This document shows positions 37,701-49,800 of a DNA stretch of 64,000 nt, piece by piece. Position 1 is the stretch's first letter, and each line of letters starts with the position of its first letter. The translations under genes and the position numbers were made by a program. The notes under the pieces are model-generated. The model was not told where the DNA came from. It saw nothing but the letters and a program-made list of their open reading frames with translations, and ran no database searches. Origin of the DNA: a virus; the IMG/VR virus record IMGVR_UViG_3300035698_016797, positions 64,001-128,000 of that record. The stretch is one strand, 5' to 3'.

Positions 37701-39958
37701 CACCCAGACTGTAGGTAAATTATTCTCAAAGGCTCAAGAGGATTGATGGTAACAAAGTTCCCATACAGAGCAAAGTTTCCTTTTTCCCATCTAAACAGCG
37801 GTGTTGGTCTTTTAAGGTGCCCACTACTTTCTGCTGGAGAATATCCTACAACATAATCTTCTTTACCTTCAAACATGGTTCCAACAACAGGAATATAGTC
37901 TCTTGATCTTATGAAGTTGGCATGAATATTTGAGTTTACAATAAAATCATGTGCAGGAGGGTTATAATCAGAGGTTGATTTCTTAGCCATGTTGACTTCT
38001 GCATTCAAAAAAGGATATACACCGCTGGACAATGCTTTTGGAGCATCCAACTGAAAAGTTGTTCTTTGAAAATTCTCATATTCCGGTAATGGCTTTGGGA
38101 AAATCGTGTCAGCCTTTACTGGACTTCCAAAGATAAATTGATATCCACGCTCAAATCTTGGAGTGTGTGCTCTAAATCCAGCGTAGAAGTTGTTTGTTAA
38201 TGGGTAAATCCAATCTTCAATTGGCTTATAATCAGACGTTGCATATGTGTATATTTGGTAAGGGTCAGTTCTTTCACTAGAAAAACGACTGCCACTACAG
38301 GCAACGCATGGAGTTCTTTCGTACAATCCAGATGCAACCTGAACCAAACCAGAGACTTCCCATCCTTGTCCATCACATGTGGTGCAGTGTTTTCTGTCTG
38401 CTAATGCTTTGAATCTGAACCTAAGATGCCCAAATCTTGTTCCAGCTTTTGCAAAATCAACATCCGTAGCCTCGATGTGCCATCCATCAGGGCCATAATA
38501 GTCAATTCTTTTGGCCATAGGAGGATCTTCTGCATCAAAATCTTGAAACGTTAATTCTCCTGGAGAATGACTCCACCAGTCTCCGGCGTCCCATCCTACA
38601 GGGATTCCCCACTCGTCAAACTCTTGAGTTAAAGGACTGATGATTGCGTCTGCATTGTTATTAGGGGACATTTCCAAACCATATGTATATGTAAGGTGGA
38701 TAGGAGATGAGGAGTGACCATAAGATGGTCCCCTATCTATGGCTCCATCTTTATCTCTCAATGCACTGGTGAGAAGCCCTTCGCTGTAATGTTTCCACCC
38801 TATAATCTCGTTTATATCAACCTTATATACTCCAGAATAATCTGTAGCAAAAGGTCTAAGTTCACAGCCTACTGGCATCTGTTCCTCTGATAGAGGTGAC
38901 TCTACATATTTGGCAACCAATCCATAAATTGGAAACTCTATATCAAAAGATCCAATTCCTCCAGAAGATCCTCCAATCGTAGAGTTGTCCATCGAGAATG
39001 GTCCATAAAAGACTTCAAGGCCGGGTCCAATAGAGTCGTACGGAGTAAAATGTATAGAATAATCATCAGACTCAACAAGCTGTTCGTCTCTACCACTTCT
39101 CCAAACTATGGTCCTTTGTTCTCCCTGTATAACCCTCAACAAGGGGTTAAGAAGGCTCATTTTTGTACTTGTTGAACCGGTATTTCCACCAGTATAATTT
39201 GCGTGAATATATACATCTTCACCATCAAGGTCTGTAACCGTAAATGTTATGTAGACATCTCCATACACATTACCTGTGACATATACTTCGTCAATAGTTA
39301 TTGATGGCGGAAAGTTTTGGTAATTAACAAAACCATTTACACGAGTCCAATTTCCATAATCATAACCATCATATGCTCTCACCTTCCAAAAGTATGAGAT
39401 CCCAGAATTAACAAAGACGTTTGTTTTTGTGTTTGGACTTGAATAATTTTGTGGAATTTCAAGATCGTATACTTCATCAAAGGGATCTACGAATGTTGGA
39501 TCAGTTGAAACCAAAACTTCATAGATAATAGACTGACCACTGTTTGGATCTGCTGCATTTTTCCATTGAAGATATGCAGTGTCTGCGTTGTGAAGCTCTT
39601 CCGCAATGGGATCATAAACAAAATATTGAATACCAGATGAATATTCAAAAGTTTCCCACCAACTACCGTTTTCTGAAATTGCAATCTCAACAGACAATAA
39701 ACCCTGGAAATTAGTTCCCATTGGAACACCAAGTGGGTATTGAAAGAATTCGTCAGAAGAAACTTTCGTTCCAGACTGATACAATCCAGTTTGCCCAGTC
39801 TCTTCGCTTGTGATACGGATAGAGAAACGCGCTTGCGTAACATCTTCCGGTACAGTCCACGAAATGATTGGGGTTGAGCTAGAAGTAGCCGTTGGACAAG
39901 CTTTTGAAAGCTCCAATGAAGGACCAACGGCAATGTTAAGATCTAATACCTGTGCCAT
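34703..39958 (-). CDS. Giant multidomain tail/baseplate protein (FN3/Ig repeats, Zn finger, C-terminal GH-like beta-propeller)
   Basis: FN3 pattern LQWKNAAD...YEVLVSTD...YFWKVRAYD; Ig modules; CTTCDGQG; repeated P-x-V...Y-x-M-[WY]-[YL] blades. Confidence 0.7.
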   Translation of the reverse strand: MAQVLDLNIAVGPSLELSKACPTATSSSTPIISWTVPEDVTQARFSIRITSEETGQTGLYQSGTKVSSDEFFQYPLGVPMGTNFQGLLSVEIAISENGSWWETFEYSSGIQYFVYDPIAEELHNADTAYLQWKNAADPNSGQSIIYEVLVSTDPTFVDPFDEVYDLEIPQNYSSPNTKTNVFVNSGISYFWKVRAYDGYDYGNWTRVNGFVNYQNFPPSITIDEVYVTGNVYGDVYITFTVTDLDGEDVYIHANYTGGNTGSTSTKMSLLNPLLRVIQGEQRTIVWRSGRDEQLVESDDYSIHFTPYDSIGPGLEVFYGPFSMDNSTIGGSSGGIGSFDIEFPIYGLVAKYVESPLSEEQMPVGCELRPFATDYSGVYKVDINEIIGWKHYSEGLLTSALRDKDGAIDRGPSYGHSSSPIHLTYTYGLEMSPNNNADAIISPLTQEFDEWGIPVGWDAGDWWSHSPGELTFQDFDAEDPPMAKRIDYYGPDGWHIEATDVDFAKAGTRFGHLRFRFKALADRKHCTTCDGQGWEVSGLVQVASGLYERTPCVACSGSRFSSERTDPYQIYTYATSDYKPIEDWIYPLTNNFYAGFRAHTPRFERGYQFIFGSPVKADTIFPKPLPEYENFQRTTFQLDAPKALSSGVYPFLNAEVNMAKKSTSDYNPPAHDFIVNSNIHANFIRSRDYIPVVGTMFEGKEDYVVGYSPAESSGHLKRPTPLFRWEKGNFALYGNFVTINPLEPLRIIYLQSGWDAYNTLHWQATVSDTSMIHLQVSKYLSDTEHTDYYDVNSEDSEYVSEADAKLVQPNRWHAYWDIINKQLLEEGYDYRLRIRQYDSVSRTFSTWVYSNKFFVDRHASNPANITSTSYEPWSKTLVINFRLDDSQGDDYHVTNLWYSTDGETFTQINDGNVTGERYSLSSVEGSNEHTVNWLIATEDLTPGDKYRIRMEVCPSKLLNGLTAPIFNWNKRHNPVLNKAELELRRMTGHIQEYVYDEETDSLEKMDPPLHLSGEIDRLEKEIDEMMIKPSPSGIYNFYDPPNASGVPDDFVGITAWWEKEIVPGVSRDEVVAEKRELIDGMRNVEIPYWRNVRDEAEKDIRKDLIDQGYYNNGYIGNLTANGIFRFRVESMPYGDDAFDANDDYQVSYDERYEVYHQFQLDFTSAFSSQSGLPLRDYLFTSDGDRIVGGPNRESMNPPDGEVDLSMQDFDKQWEGFGDGEGQPWDEGFTANNDESFLGSTETTIQAQESVMCTYILDKDDMPGDREDFFINNTYPTMTDTLPSGVAEFNTTYQWRTRAYNTWSIAPLEEPRPLITSIDVYPSLSEIDIDYTMYADESLQEASLYNIWYSLNDKTPVWATSESVTFPTDRPVTHSDHEIENPTIWVPYGIDRSRPVVAITEEHQYYMWYSKPNTFNENVILHARGKTPENFGEYEQAFPKDAVTTLESETGYASAYTPFVMYSGGIFKMWLTVYNGSQNRIAYTQSLDGDAWSDILETNIGNGVYSPSVVYDGSSYHMWYCNSTSPSGIFYSTSEDGTYFTAENGGSPVIESSDVLNTPYAIMTPSGYQMYYTRYVAGGSKIYSQTSIDGEIWTDEQVEIDTANTMNPCVVEDLYYGTYVKRMYYNDSNSGNVLVKTATLEDRTWVNVWDRNSSWWNPSGDINNVESSKFGNAKSIELPLTYVPSELQNVSAEADVQIMIEFRNDDTSKNIFVRGSWMTPSESETYDGEMSPSNFLYHEEIKYLKFGDGYEEL

Positions 39959-39969
39959 TTTGGTTCCTC

Positions 39970-42753
39970 TTACGTGTCAATGTTGTAGTATTTGCCTTCA
40001 ATCTCTGCTGAGAAAACTTTGCGACCCACGGTTGTTGCAGGATAACTGCTGCCTCCAGTTCCTCCAATAACCCATACAACACGACCATAAAAAACCGTCC
40101 TAGCACTAACGTCAAATCCAAATGATGCATTTTTCCAGGTGGACAAGATTGTTCTTGCTGCCGTCTTGGTGCAAAACGAATCAAACGTGTAACTTTCCTT
40201 TACTTCCATGGCTGATTTGTCATATGTTTCAGTAGCGGTTCCAACCTGAATATCCCATGGCCTATTAACATCTAATACTTGGTCTATTGTTCCATCGTTG
40301 TCGTTGTCATACCCTCTAGCTAAAAACTTAAGCTTACCATCTTCAAGAATTGCATCTCCCTCATTAACAAGTTTTACATCAATCCATGTATAGTCTGGAA
40401 AGAGAGGAGTGTCATCTGCTACAATGGTACTGTCTCTGAAAATCAAAGTACCAAAACCATCGTTTGTTAACCTTTTGTAGGTGTGATGGTAATAGTCGAG
40501 AGATAGACGTCCAGAAGGAACAAACGCATATTCGTCTCCATGGGCCGTTGTTCCGTTTGAAAATTCCACTAAACCTCTGTCTTTATCAAGAGTATAGTTG
40601 GCCGCAACCTTTCCAGAAGGAGAAGCTGACGTTGGATACCCATGCACATATGTTGCAACCTTGTTTACTACAGCACCTGATGGGGTTACATACATAGCTG
40701 GGTCAAGATAATCAACAAGATCATCAGTAGATGCGGTAAACAGTCTAGTATAATCCTGAGCAACCCTATCTGCCTCGTTTACGTAATGAGTATAGTCTGA
40801 AGTTACCACACCACTTGGATCTTGCAAAAATGTTACTTGCCCAGCGTCTAAATCTACGTCTATTTCTGTGTCATAGTAGTCGTAAATCATTCTTAAGGCT
40901 CCGCTATAGGACTGTCCGGTTGGGTATTTGTGTAGCCACACCTCTCCAACTGTTTCGTCAACGTGGTAATTGGAAAAAGTTCTTTCGTGCTTTTCTCCAG
41001 CCTTAAATTTGAAGCCAGACGCAGCTGTAGAGGCATCGGAATAAAGAATTAAACAAATTCTTGAAATCCCACGAATTGTAGGAATTTCAAACCCTCCATT
41101 TACGTCTGCGTTGACAGAGTATCCTGTTGAAAGCTCTATTACTTGGTTGCCTTTTCCACTATATGCATACAGCTCTGTTAACTTGGAAGAGTCTAGTAGT
41201 GTATATGTAGTCTCTCCTCTGGCTCCAAGAACTGCTTGTGTTGCACCGGCAGCAGTCGCATCATATAAGGCTACATGGTCTCCTGTGTATGGAGACATAT
41301 TATTGTAAGGAGGACCATAGCTGTTAGGATCAAGATAGAAGTGTTCAAACTCTAAGTCTACGTCTCCGTATCCAGTATTGTCTATTATCCAATACCTAAA
41401 GTTCCCAATGTATGAACTTTCAAGATTAGAATAATCCTTTGTTGCATCATCGGTCCAATCTACAGTGGTAGCTCGTCCTTCAGAGTCATAAACCACAGCA
41501 CCACTAGAGATCTGAACAGCATCATAGCTGGTAGTACTCGCTCCATTCATTGCAATACACAAAGATTCATCAAGATCTCCGTCTTGATCAACAGGATAAG
41601 AGTGAGTGGTTGGATAAAAAATGTCATCCCATCTGCGGGTGAACGTTCCAGCTAAAGATTGGGTTTCACTAACAACACTTGTACTTCCTTGTTGTGTTAC
41701 CTCAATTATTACGTGGTCATATTCCGAGCTTGGTTCTCTTAATAGACGGTTGTCGCATTCAAAAACACGAGTGTTACATCTAATAGTTTTTGTCGCAACC
41801 GTAGTGTTGGTCGCAGCATCTCTAAATGTAACACTGATATCAGAGTCCGCATCATAGTCATAATCTGTGCCTGTTAACGTTACAGTGGCACTTGTTTTGT
41901 ATGTTATCCAAGATCTTACGTCTGATTGGTCATCAATATCCCCATCAATATAAATTTCAAGATCAAGATAGTCTTCAGCATAGATGTCAAGAATAACAGT
42001 CCTGTCTGGAGAAAAAGACCCATCTGTGGCTATATCTATGCCCGTGTAGACAGTTTCATCAGAAACTGTGCCGTTGATTTTAAGATAAGTATTTGCTGGA
42101 GCAGTTGTATGCATCAAAATGGTATCACTAGCCGTAGTACTCGTGTTATAGTATGCATCTCTCAACTTTACATATACACTCTTAGATTCTTCGGTCAGGG
42201 TTGTGAGTGTGATCCCAGCCGTTCCAGATGGAGCGGTGTAAGCTTGCCAACTTGCACCTGAAAACGCGCTTGTTTCTGCTGTTTTATAATATGTGGCATT
42301 TCCACTTGCTGTTACGGCAAACGATAACGATTGAACGTTTGTATATGGATCAAGTGAAAACGATACTCCAGAAGGGTCTGCCGTATAAATATTGAACGGA
42401 TCTGTTGTGTAATATCCACTGCTTGCAACACCACTGGCATCTGTAAGCATAAGTCTGAACAACATTTCTTCAGAAGAATATCCGTCAAGGTCTGTTTTTA
42501 CGTCCCATCTTAACAGTGTACTTCTTCCTGGACTAGACACGTATGAGGGCATAGCCAGTCCCGTTGTAGAGCTGTCTAGGGTTCCATCGTACCAAACTCC
42601 AGAAGCACTACTAAATGCATACTGAAAACCACTTGCTGACACATCACATGCCAACTGTAGATCGTGCTGGAGTTTGAACGATACTTCTGCAACAGGACTT
42701 TCAAGATATGTTGTCATTAATCCTGCAATGTCGTTAATAACTGGTACTGCCAT
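39970..42753 (-). CDS. Tail/baseplate protein with Ig-like, CUB-like and repeated small beta modules
   Basis: 927 aa, Ser/Thr/Asp-rich, beta-rich; YTLDKDRGLVEF-type repeats; 11 [AP]SG motifs. Confidence 0.65.
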   Translation of the reverse strand: MAVPVINDIAGLMTTYLESPVAEVSFKLQHDLQLACDVSASGFQYAFSSASGVWYDGTLDSSTTGLAMPSYVSSPGRSTLLRWDVKTDLDGYSSEEMLFRLMLTDASGVASSGYYTTDPFNIYTADPSGVSFSLDPYTNVQSLSFAVTASGNATYYKTAETSAFSGASWQAYTAPSGTAGITLTTLTEESKSVYVKLRDAYYNTSTTASDTILMHTTAPANTYLKINGTVSDETVYTGIDIATDGSFSPDRTVILDIYAEDYLDLEIYIDGDIDDQSDVRSWITYKTSATVTLTGTDYDYDADSDISVTFRDAATNTTVATKTIRCNTRVFECDNRLLREPSSEYDHVIIEVTQQGSTSVVSETQSLAGTFTRRWDDIFYPTTHSYPVDQDGDLDESLCIAMNGASTTSYDAVQISSGAVVYDSEGRATTVDWTDDATKDYSNLESSYIGNFRYWIIDNTGYGDVDLEFEHFYLDPNSYGPPYNNMSPYTGDHVALYDATAAGATQAVLGARGETTYTLLDSSKLTELYAYSGKGNQVIELSTGYSVNADVNGGFEIPTIRGISRICLILYSDASTAASGFKFKAGEKHERTFSNYHVDETVGEVWLHKYPTGQSYSGALRMIYDYYDTEIDVDLDAGQVTFLQDPSGVVTSDYTHYVNEADRVAQDYTRLFTASTDDLVDYLDPAMYVTPSGAVVNKVATYVHGYPTSASPSGKVAANYTLDKDRGLVEFSNGTTAHGDEYAFVPSGRLSLDYYHHTYKRLTNDGFGTLIFRDSTIVADDTPLFPDYTWIDVKLVNEGDAILEDGKLKFLARGYDNDNDGTIDQVLDVNRPWDIQVGTATETYDKSAMEVKESYTFDSFCTKTAARTILSTWKNASFGFDVSARTVFYGRVVWVIGGTGGSSYPATTVGRKVFSAEIEGKYYNIDT

Positions 42754-42771
42754 AGCCTTATCTCCTTATCC

Positions 42772-43878
42772 TTATGCGCTCAATTTTACAGATAGCGCAT
42801 CATATGGTGTGATTGTTACAATTTGAGGCTTGAGTACTCCGTCAACGTAGAAATTGCGAGGAGTGTAGGAGTCGTCACGATTTATCCATTTTGAGTACAA
42901 TGAACCTGGAAAAACCTTGTCTCCAATTGCCTGATAAACATATCCTCCACTAGCTGCGCTAACTTGTGTTAAGGTTTGACCTGTAACGTTGCGAACATTA
43001 ACCAGCGGAGAGTACGCTGCATAAACAGGATATGTGGTACTGTTAAATTCTGAAGGAAAAGTTATCAAACCTCTTCTAAAATCTATTTGATACTCTGAAT
43101 CTTCTACAAATTGAGGAACAGCCCCCTGAATAATTGGGTTTCCACTAAGATCTTCAGAGTCATCTCCTGGGTAATCATAAGTTCCCTTAAAGACATCTGG
43201 ATTTAAGTATAGATGTCCAAAAATCCAGTTTTCTCTCTCTCCAATAAAATACTTAGTTGTTTCTGCCTCATATGTGTAGTCTGCGGAAACTCCCGAAGCC
43301 GGACTGCTTAGAGTGAGCATTCCAGACGCAGGAGTTGTAGTATATGTACTTTGGTCCATCACTTCATCGGAAGAATCATAGATGATTACACTAAACATCA
43401 TATTTCCACCATCGTACCAATCGTCTTGATATCCCGCGTATGTTGTGGTTGATTCCGTTCCCTGTCTCCAGTATCTCATATAGGCACCAGATGGGTATGC
43501 AGAGCTGAAAATTGCACCACTTGGAGTTAGAGAGTATCCCGACGCAGCTATTTGTACGCCACTAGCACTAAAAATTGCAGGTACAAAAGAAGTTCCGCTT
43601 GGACTTGTCAATATATCAGTATGCCCACTTGTAACGGTTTGTTCAGCTGTACTGTTTGGTATGAGAACGCTCTCTTGCACTCCAGAAGCATAGTTGATTG
43701 GAATTAAATCTTCTGAAGCTATCCACTTTACCCCTGTTAGTTGAGGCCAGTCTTCAGGAACCAAAGGTTTGTCTTCAACTCCTATTAATTCGTCATTTGT
43801 TGATTGTTGTATATCATTATCTCCAGCCTCAGAATAGCCAGTAGGCAATTGATATACTTTAATTTTTGGTGTAGCCAT
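42772..43878 (-). CDS. Tail/baseplate protein
   Basis: 368 aa; YQIDFRRGLITF-type modules; 9 [AP]SG motifs. Confidence 0.65.
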   Translation of the reverse strand: MATPKIKVYQLPTGYSEAGDNDIQQSTNDELIGVEDKPLVPEDWPQLTGVKWIASEDLIPINYASGVQESVLIPNSTAEQTVTSGHTDILTSPSGTSFVPAIFSASGVQIAASGYSLTPSGAIFSSAYPSGAYMRYWRQGTESTTTYAGYQDDWYDGGNMMFSVIIYDSSDEVMDQSTYTTTPASGMLTLSSPASGVSADYTYEAETTKYFIGERENWIFGHLYLNPDVFKGTYDYPGDDSEDLSGNPIIQGAVPQFVEDSEYQIDFRRGLITFPSEFNSTTYPVYAAYSPLVNVRNVTGQTLTQVSAASGGYVYQAIGDKVFPGSLYSKWINRDDSYTPRNFYVDGVLKPQIVTITPYDALSVKLSA

Positions 43879-43889
43879 AACCTTTCTCC

Positions 43890-46800
43890 TTAAACGTTGG
43901 GTTCTATACTACTATCTCTTTCTTTCAAATAAACTACAACAGTAGGAACCCCAAAGCATATTCCTTGTCTGCCTGACGCAATCGCGCCAACCTCAACACC
44001 GACTGAAAATCCTGTATATTTTAGTCCTCCAGTACGGTCCCATTTCACAATATGCTCTCCATCGGCCCAATATTCGTGTTTAGTTTTTGCCGCTGCGTAC
44101 ACAGTAAAGTTCCCAGAAATAATTGATTGAGGCAATCCGTAGAATGTCACCTCTCCACTCACCATTCCTGTTATATATGATCCAGAAGGACTAGTTTGGT
44201 ATGTTCCTCCGAAATATTGATTTGTTATTGCTTCCTCTGTCCATCCCCCAGCAGGAAGTTCATTACCTTTTATATGTGACATTCCAAAATCTCCATACAA
44301 AGGATCATTGTTGGTAACTGTCCAATTCAGGTTGTATTTATTGTTGCTATTTGTAGGAAGCTTTACGGACTGACCCATGGATGGAAGTTGACCGAACGAT
44401 GTCGGGATTCCATCTGGAGTTGAAGTTCCAGCAGGCTCATATCCTGCAATAAAATTGACAGAATCCTTTTCAAGTTGATAAGATGGACCACCTCCAACAG
44501 CGGTAACATCTATATTGATTGGCATTCCTACTCCAGTAAAATATTCGACCTGTACAAAACCAGGAATGGTCATAACTTTAAAATCATTTGGATCAAGGTC
44601 GTTGTTTAAGTCCCATATGTTTCCCCCTGCGGTTCCATCTGGGTTCTTAAAATATCTTGGTAACACTATTTCGTTCTTTGCTGGATCAAAAAAGTAACGA
44701 CCACCAGTAACGGCAAAATATGTCAAGTTTGTATTTGGATCTACTTCGGAGGCTGTGTTCCAATAAAAGTCTGATGATGTTCTTGAAGAAGACTCGGTCA
44801 TCGGAAGGTGTACCGTATCGTAGACTCCAGCATTAACAGATAAAATCCTAGACGGAAAGTCTGGCATGGCAAAGGCGTCCATTCCTATAACATATGGAGT
44901 GGAAAACACAGAGGCAGAATCTGTAACCTTCATATAGCTTGGCTTTGACTCGTATCCATACACTTCAAGTTTTGCACAAGATGAAAGATAAAAGTATTTC
45001 CACACCCTCCACTCTACATAGCCGGAAGTGTCAGTCGGACCACCAGCTAGGTCAAATGTTGTTTCAGTGTTAGCTACAACCGTATCGGTAAACGCCGGAG
45101 ACGTAAAATTGCCAGATGCCGTGGTCATTTCAAACGTTGCACTTGTCCAATCATCATCCTCTACTTCGTACCCAGAAGGCATTTCATATTGTCCACTTGT
45201 AGACACCAAAGAACCTACAGGTAACCCAGAGCTTCCAACCATATACCTCTTAAATCTTCGAGGTTTTGGACGATATCTTACATATCGTGCACGAGGAGAT
45301 ACGAAGTGATATCCGCTAATAGCAGCGCCCGCACTCGTTGAATCTCCACCATTAACCCAATATCCCTTGAAGAATGTTGGCAATTCTGAACCAGTTTCTG
45401 CCACTTTTACTCCAGAAGTATCATACTTTGTCCAGGTCCACTCGTTGCCACTTTCAGACCAGCTTGTACTCACTATGGTTTTCCACCTAGACTCTTCATC
45501 TCCAAGCACATCTATGTCAAAACCATGCTTATAATCATCAAGAATTGAAGGTGTGGGATTTACAGAAATAGCTTTTATAAATACATCATCATCAAATGGC
45601 TCTTCATAGGTAACTGTTTCAATTCCATCACCACCTTCATAGATTGCCCCAGTGGCAGGCAAGGTTGTCAAATCCGACCCACAAACAGAGCATATTGTGG
45701 AAGTTATAGATGGTGCCGTGGCAGACTTTCCAGCTCCCTGTACATATTGTGAAAATTCAGAGACTGTCATGTTGCGATGTCCAACATAACATTCTGAAGC
45801 TCCACACACAGCATTTGCACAGTTCCACTTTCCAGGATGACGACGCCAATCGCGTCTTATATTCTCTATTGGAAGAGGGATTAGATCAATTTGAAAATTT
45901 GGAACTTCAGAAGTTTGTTTTAGTACATACCAATATCCACTCGCAGATGGAGTCCCAGAATTTTCAGCAGTGTCTGTGGCTGTAATAATTTGCTTTGGAT
46001 GATAGGTATAATAGTCTGAATTTTCAGGGTCTCCAGAGGCTGATGGAGGAGTATACCAATCACTTACAGCCGAAATACGACCAGATGCAGCCGTACTGAG
46101 ATTATATTCATCTCCATAAACCAATGTTGGAAGATTGTTGTCAGCAGCAAGTTTTGGGTGATGCCACGGATCGTTTAACCATGCACCATGGGTAGAGTTC
46201 CAATATCTATAGTTGATAGCTCCACTAGGGTCGCTGTCTCCATCAAAAAATGCTGGATTTGTTCTGTCAGAACGATTTTGATTATGTAGTTCATCATAGG
46301 ATATCCCAGCAGAAGTTGTAAATGCTCTAGGTATTCTTTTGTCATACCTTTCTTTTACCACATCTGTGATGTCAAGGACTCTTGTTGCCCATCCTCCATT
46401 GTTGTTACCAGAACCTCCAGAAGAGTAGGAAGAAGGACTAGTGGAAGATGTGCTTGATGTTTTTAGCTTAAACCCATCACCACTCTGAACAATAACCTCT
46501 CCTCCTTCAGCCCAGGATGTGTCCGACACCTTTTCTTCTACCACTGGGCCAGTTCTTTGATACCACATTTTTCCATTCATACCACTCAAGTCTTGAAAGT
46601 TTGTAATTGGTTGTACCCAATTGTTAAGGTATAGAGAAAGTAATCTTTGACTAAACATGGTAAAATCATATCCAACACCATCAACATCAAGATCTCCACA
46701 CTTAAATGTTAGCTTCATCTTGTCTCTGTCAATCTTGTCGCTGAATTCCTGAAATGTAAAATCTTTCCACAGCTGATCTTCAGTATACTTTTGTACCATA

Positions 46801-49800
46801 TCTTGACCTAGACCATCCCATTCAAGGGCAGATGCCCACTCTTGAGTTGGCCCATTAAATCCAAAAGATGAATCGTGGTGATGAGCAATTGTTCCCATGA
46901 TGTCATCAAACATACTGGAACGAGCAGATGTGTATGGGTGATATCCCTCACTTCCTCCTGCTCCATCTGCGTATTCGCTATCATATCCATCAATCCACTT
47001 TGGTTTTGTCTTTGAATCTTTTGTCAAATCAAAAGTTCCATGTAACCATATGTCCTCATGGTCAGTCATGAACGGATGATAATGTCTATTTCTTTTTCCC
47101 CCAGACCAAACTACTCCTATAGGAGGCTTGCTTGGTTCTGTTGCTGGAGATATTATTGCGTAAGCCTTTACAACTTCCTTGTCCAGTGGAAGATATCCAT
47201 GTAAAAAGAAAAATGCGTTAGATTCTATTTTGTCTCCAGTGTATCCCCAAGCTCCACCGTGGTCTTCTTGAAAAGAATCATCAAAGTGGGCATCTGAAGC
47301 ACCTCCTCCACGAGAAATTCCTCCAATATACTGATTAATACGCCACCAACATGTTCCAGTAGGAACGTACTCTCTAATCATGATAGGAGGAAAGCCACCG
47401 TCCCAATATTGTTGATATTGATCACACCCAAGACTGTTTGCCGCAATAATCTGAACCGGTAAAGATCCAGGCTTCATATGATAGTCACGATCAACAGATG
47501 GATTATATCTATTTTTGTGTCCTTGTTGTTTTGAAGGAAAGTAATCTCCATGTGCATGTTTTCCAACGTAATAACCATACATGGGTTCAACTTTATTGCG
47601 CAAATTTTTCAACTGATCAATTGTAACCATGTCGAGACCAGGGATACTAGTCCCATATGGGGCTATAACATCGTCTGAATATGTACCACCATCCAGCCTC
47701 TCATTAGAGTATCCTGTCATTCCACTTGAGTTTTCGTCAGGCCCACGATCCAACATATCAGAAGATTGAACACCCTCGTCGCGAGAGTAAATTTGTGTAG
47801 TGTCTGCAATGGTTTCATTTTTGTCCGCAATATCCTCGTCTGTTGGAATAAACCCAGGAAATGAATATCCCTCAAACCTTCCGCTTGGTTCCGGCAAACC
47901 TTCCTTCAGTAAATTTCCACTTGGATCTGCATATTTGAACACGGAATATTCTGACTCAGAGTTTGCAGAGTTTGTAGGACCGAGAGAATACCCTCCACCA
48001 CCACTGTTTAATGCCCCAAGCTTCCCAACCACCTGTCTTACGGTAGAACTGTTTACTATGGTTGGATTTTTCCAATACATACCATCCTTGTTAATAGTCT
48101 GTCCTGGCAATCCCCAAATTGTGACATTTCCTCTAGCTTTGACGTTTGGAAAGTGAGACCAATTCCCACCAGAACCAAGCTCTTCTCCGCACGATTTACA
48201 TGTTGGAAAATTTTCAGACTCCCAATCTGTAACTATTTGTGTTATATTTACATACCCAGATGCATCCATAAGTCCAGATGGATTTGGATTCCCACCCATA
48301 TCATATCCTACATCATCCCAGGAGCAGCTTCCACATCTTAAAAAACTTCTTTCTGTTGGAAGCTGTCCGGTAGGAGGATTTCTTGGGGCGATACTTCTTC
48401 CGGTATCTCCGTCTTCAAGGTTTGAGAAGAGTGCCAAATCTGCACGACTATCACTAGAGTAGATATATGCACTACGTATTGTTGCACCTTTAGAATGAGT
48501 TGGAGAAATAATGCTATTCCCAACTATACCATAAATTGGAGTGGCATCATTGTATTCGTCAGGTTTGTTTGACATTCTTGGACCTTCCGGTACTGTTGGG
48601 AACACTCCAGAAGCAAATTGTTCCAAGTTTCCCAAAGCCCTTCCGTCGTCAATAAATTCTCCAGACTTATCAATCCAATATCCCATGTAAAAGCCTTTGT
48701 CTGATTTGGAGTGCTTTTCCTCTCCCCCTTTGTTGCCTCTGGTAAAGTCTTCAATACCACCACCTTCTGCCTTTACGGCCAAAACCTCTTCTCCCATCTT
48801 TGAGCGATCTTTATATTCTGGATGTCTTCCTCCAAAGAATTCACGATCATTTGTAACCTGACATATAAATTCTGAGGGAGATTTGTAGTCATCATAAAGT
48901 TTGACCAACCAAGGAACTCCACTTGGATAACATGATGGAGAATTCACGGTTCCGTCATTGGCCATGTATATAGCACCACTTCCGCTGTCATATTGTTCAA
49001 TGTGGGCAAAGAGGTTTGCATCATAATGTCCACTTGCAGACCATTTTGACCTGTCATAGTAAAAATAGACGTGTAAATTGCTAGATGGTACATCTGGAAT
49101 AGTTTTTACATAGCAGTTAAGGGCACCGCTTGGCGCTACAGCCGCAAAGATACCGCTAGGACTTGTCCCGGACACCGTTGCGGTCATAGTGTCACCTACT
49201 ATCCTATACTCCTCTAAGGCACTGCTACAGGCTTCTAGTCCACCTTGTCTGAATGGGGTAAGAACATTATCATAAAGAAGCTTGTAGTTGAAGTCATATT
49301 CTTTTGCTCTGCGAGGAATTTCTGAATATGGACAGTTGTGTGTATAGTACCTACAATACTCTTCTCCTCCAACTCCTGAGAAGGTTCCTTCTTTTAACCC
49401 TCCTATCATACGAATTCCATATGCTGGGTTACATTTTTCTGGCTTGTAACATGGCATCACATTTCTATTGAAGCGTGCAGAACTCATCAAGTTTCTGTCT
49501 CCAAAGAATTGACTATCAACTCCACCAAAATTTTCAGTATCCTTGGTATCAAATGAAAATCTTCCAGTGCCTCTTTTGATTTGCTTGTAGTCGTCGTACA
49601 GAAGATTTCTTCCTTCATCGTTATATATCTCTCTGCCCATTGCTGGAATTTTTCTATAGGTATATTCGACTCTCCAGCGCATGTCTGTATCTCCCATCTG
49701 TCTTGGGAGTGTTGTTGGATTGTTTAAGGCATAAAGAGATCCGAGTCCCATTCCACCCCACATTAAACTTCCACCACCTAGAGGAGTCATTGATCCAGAA

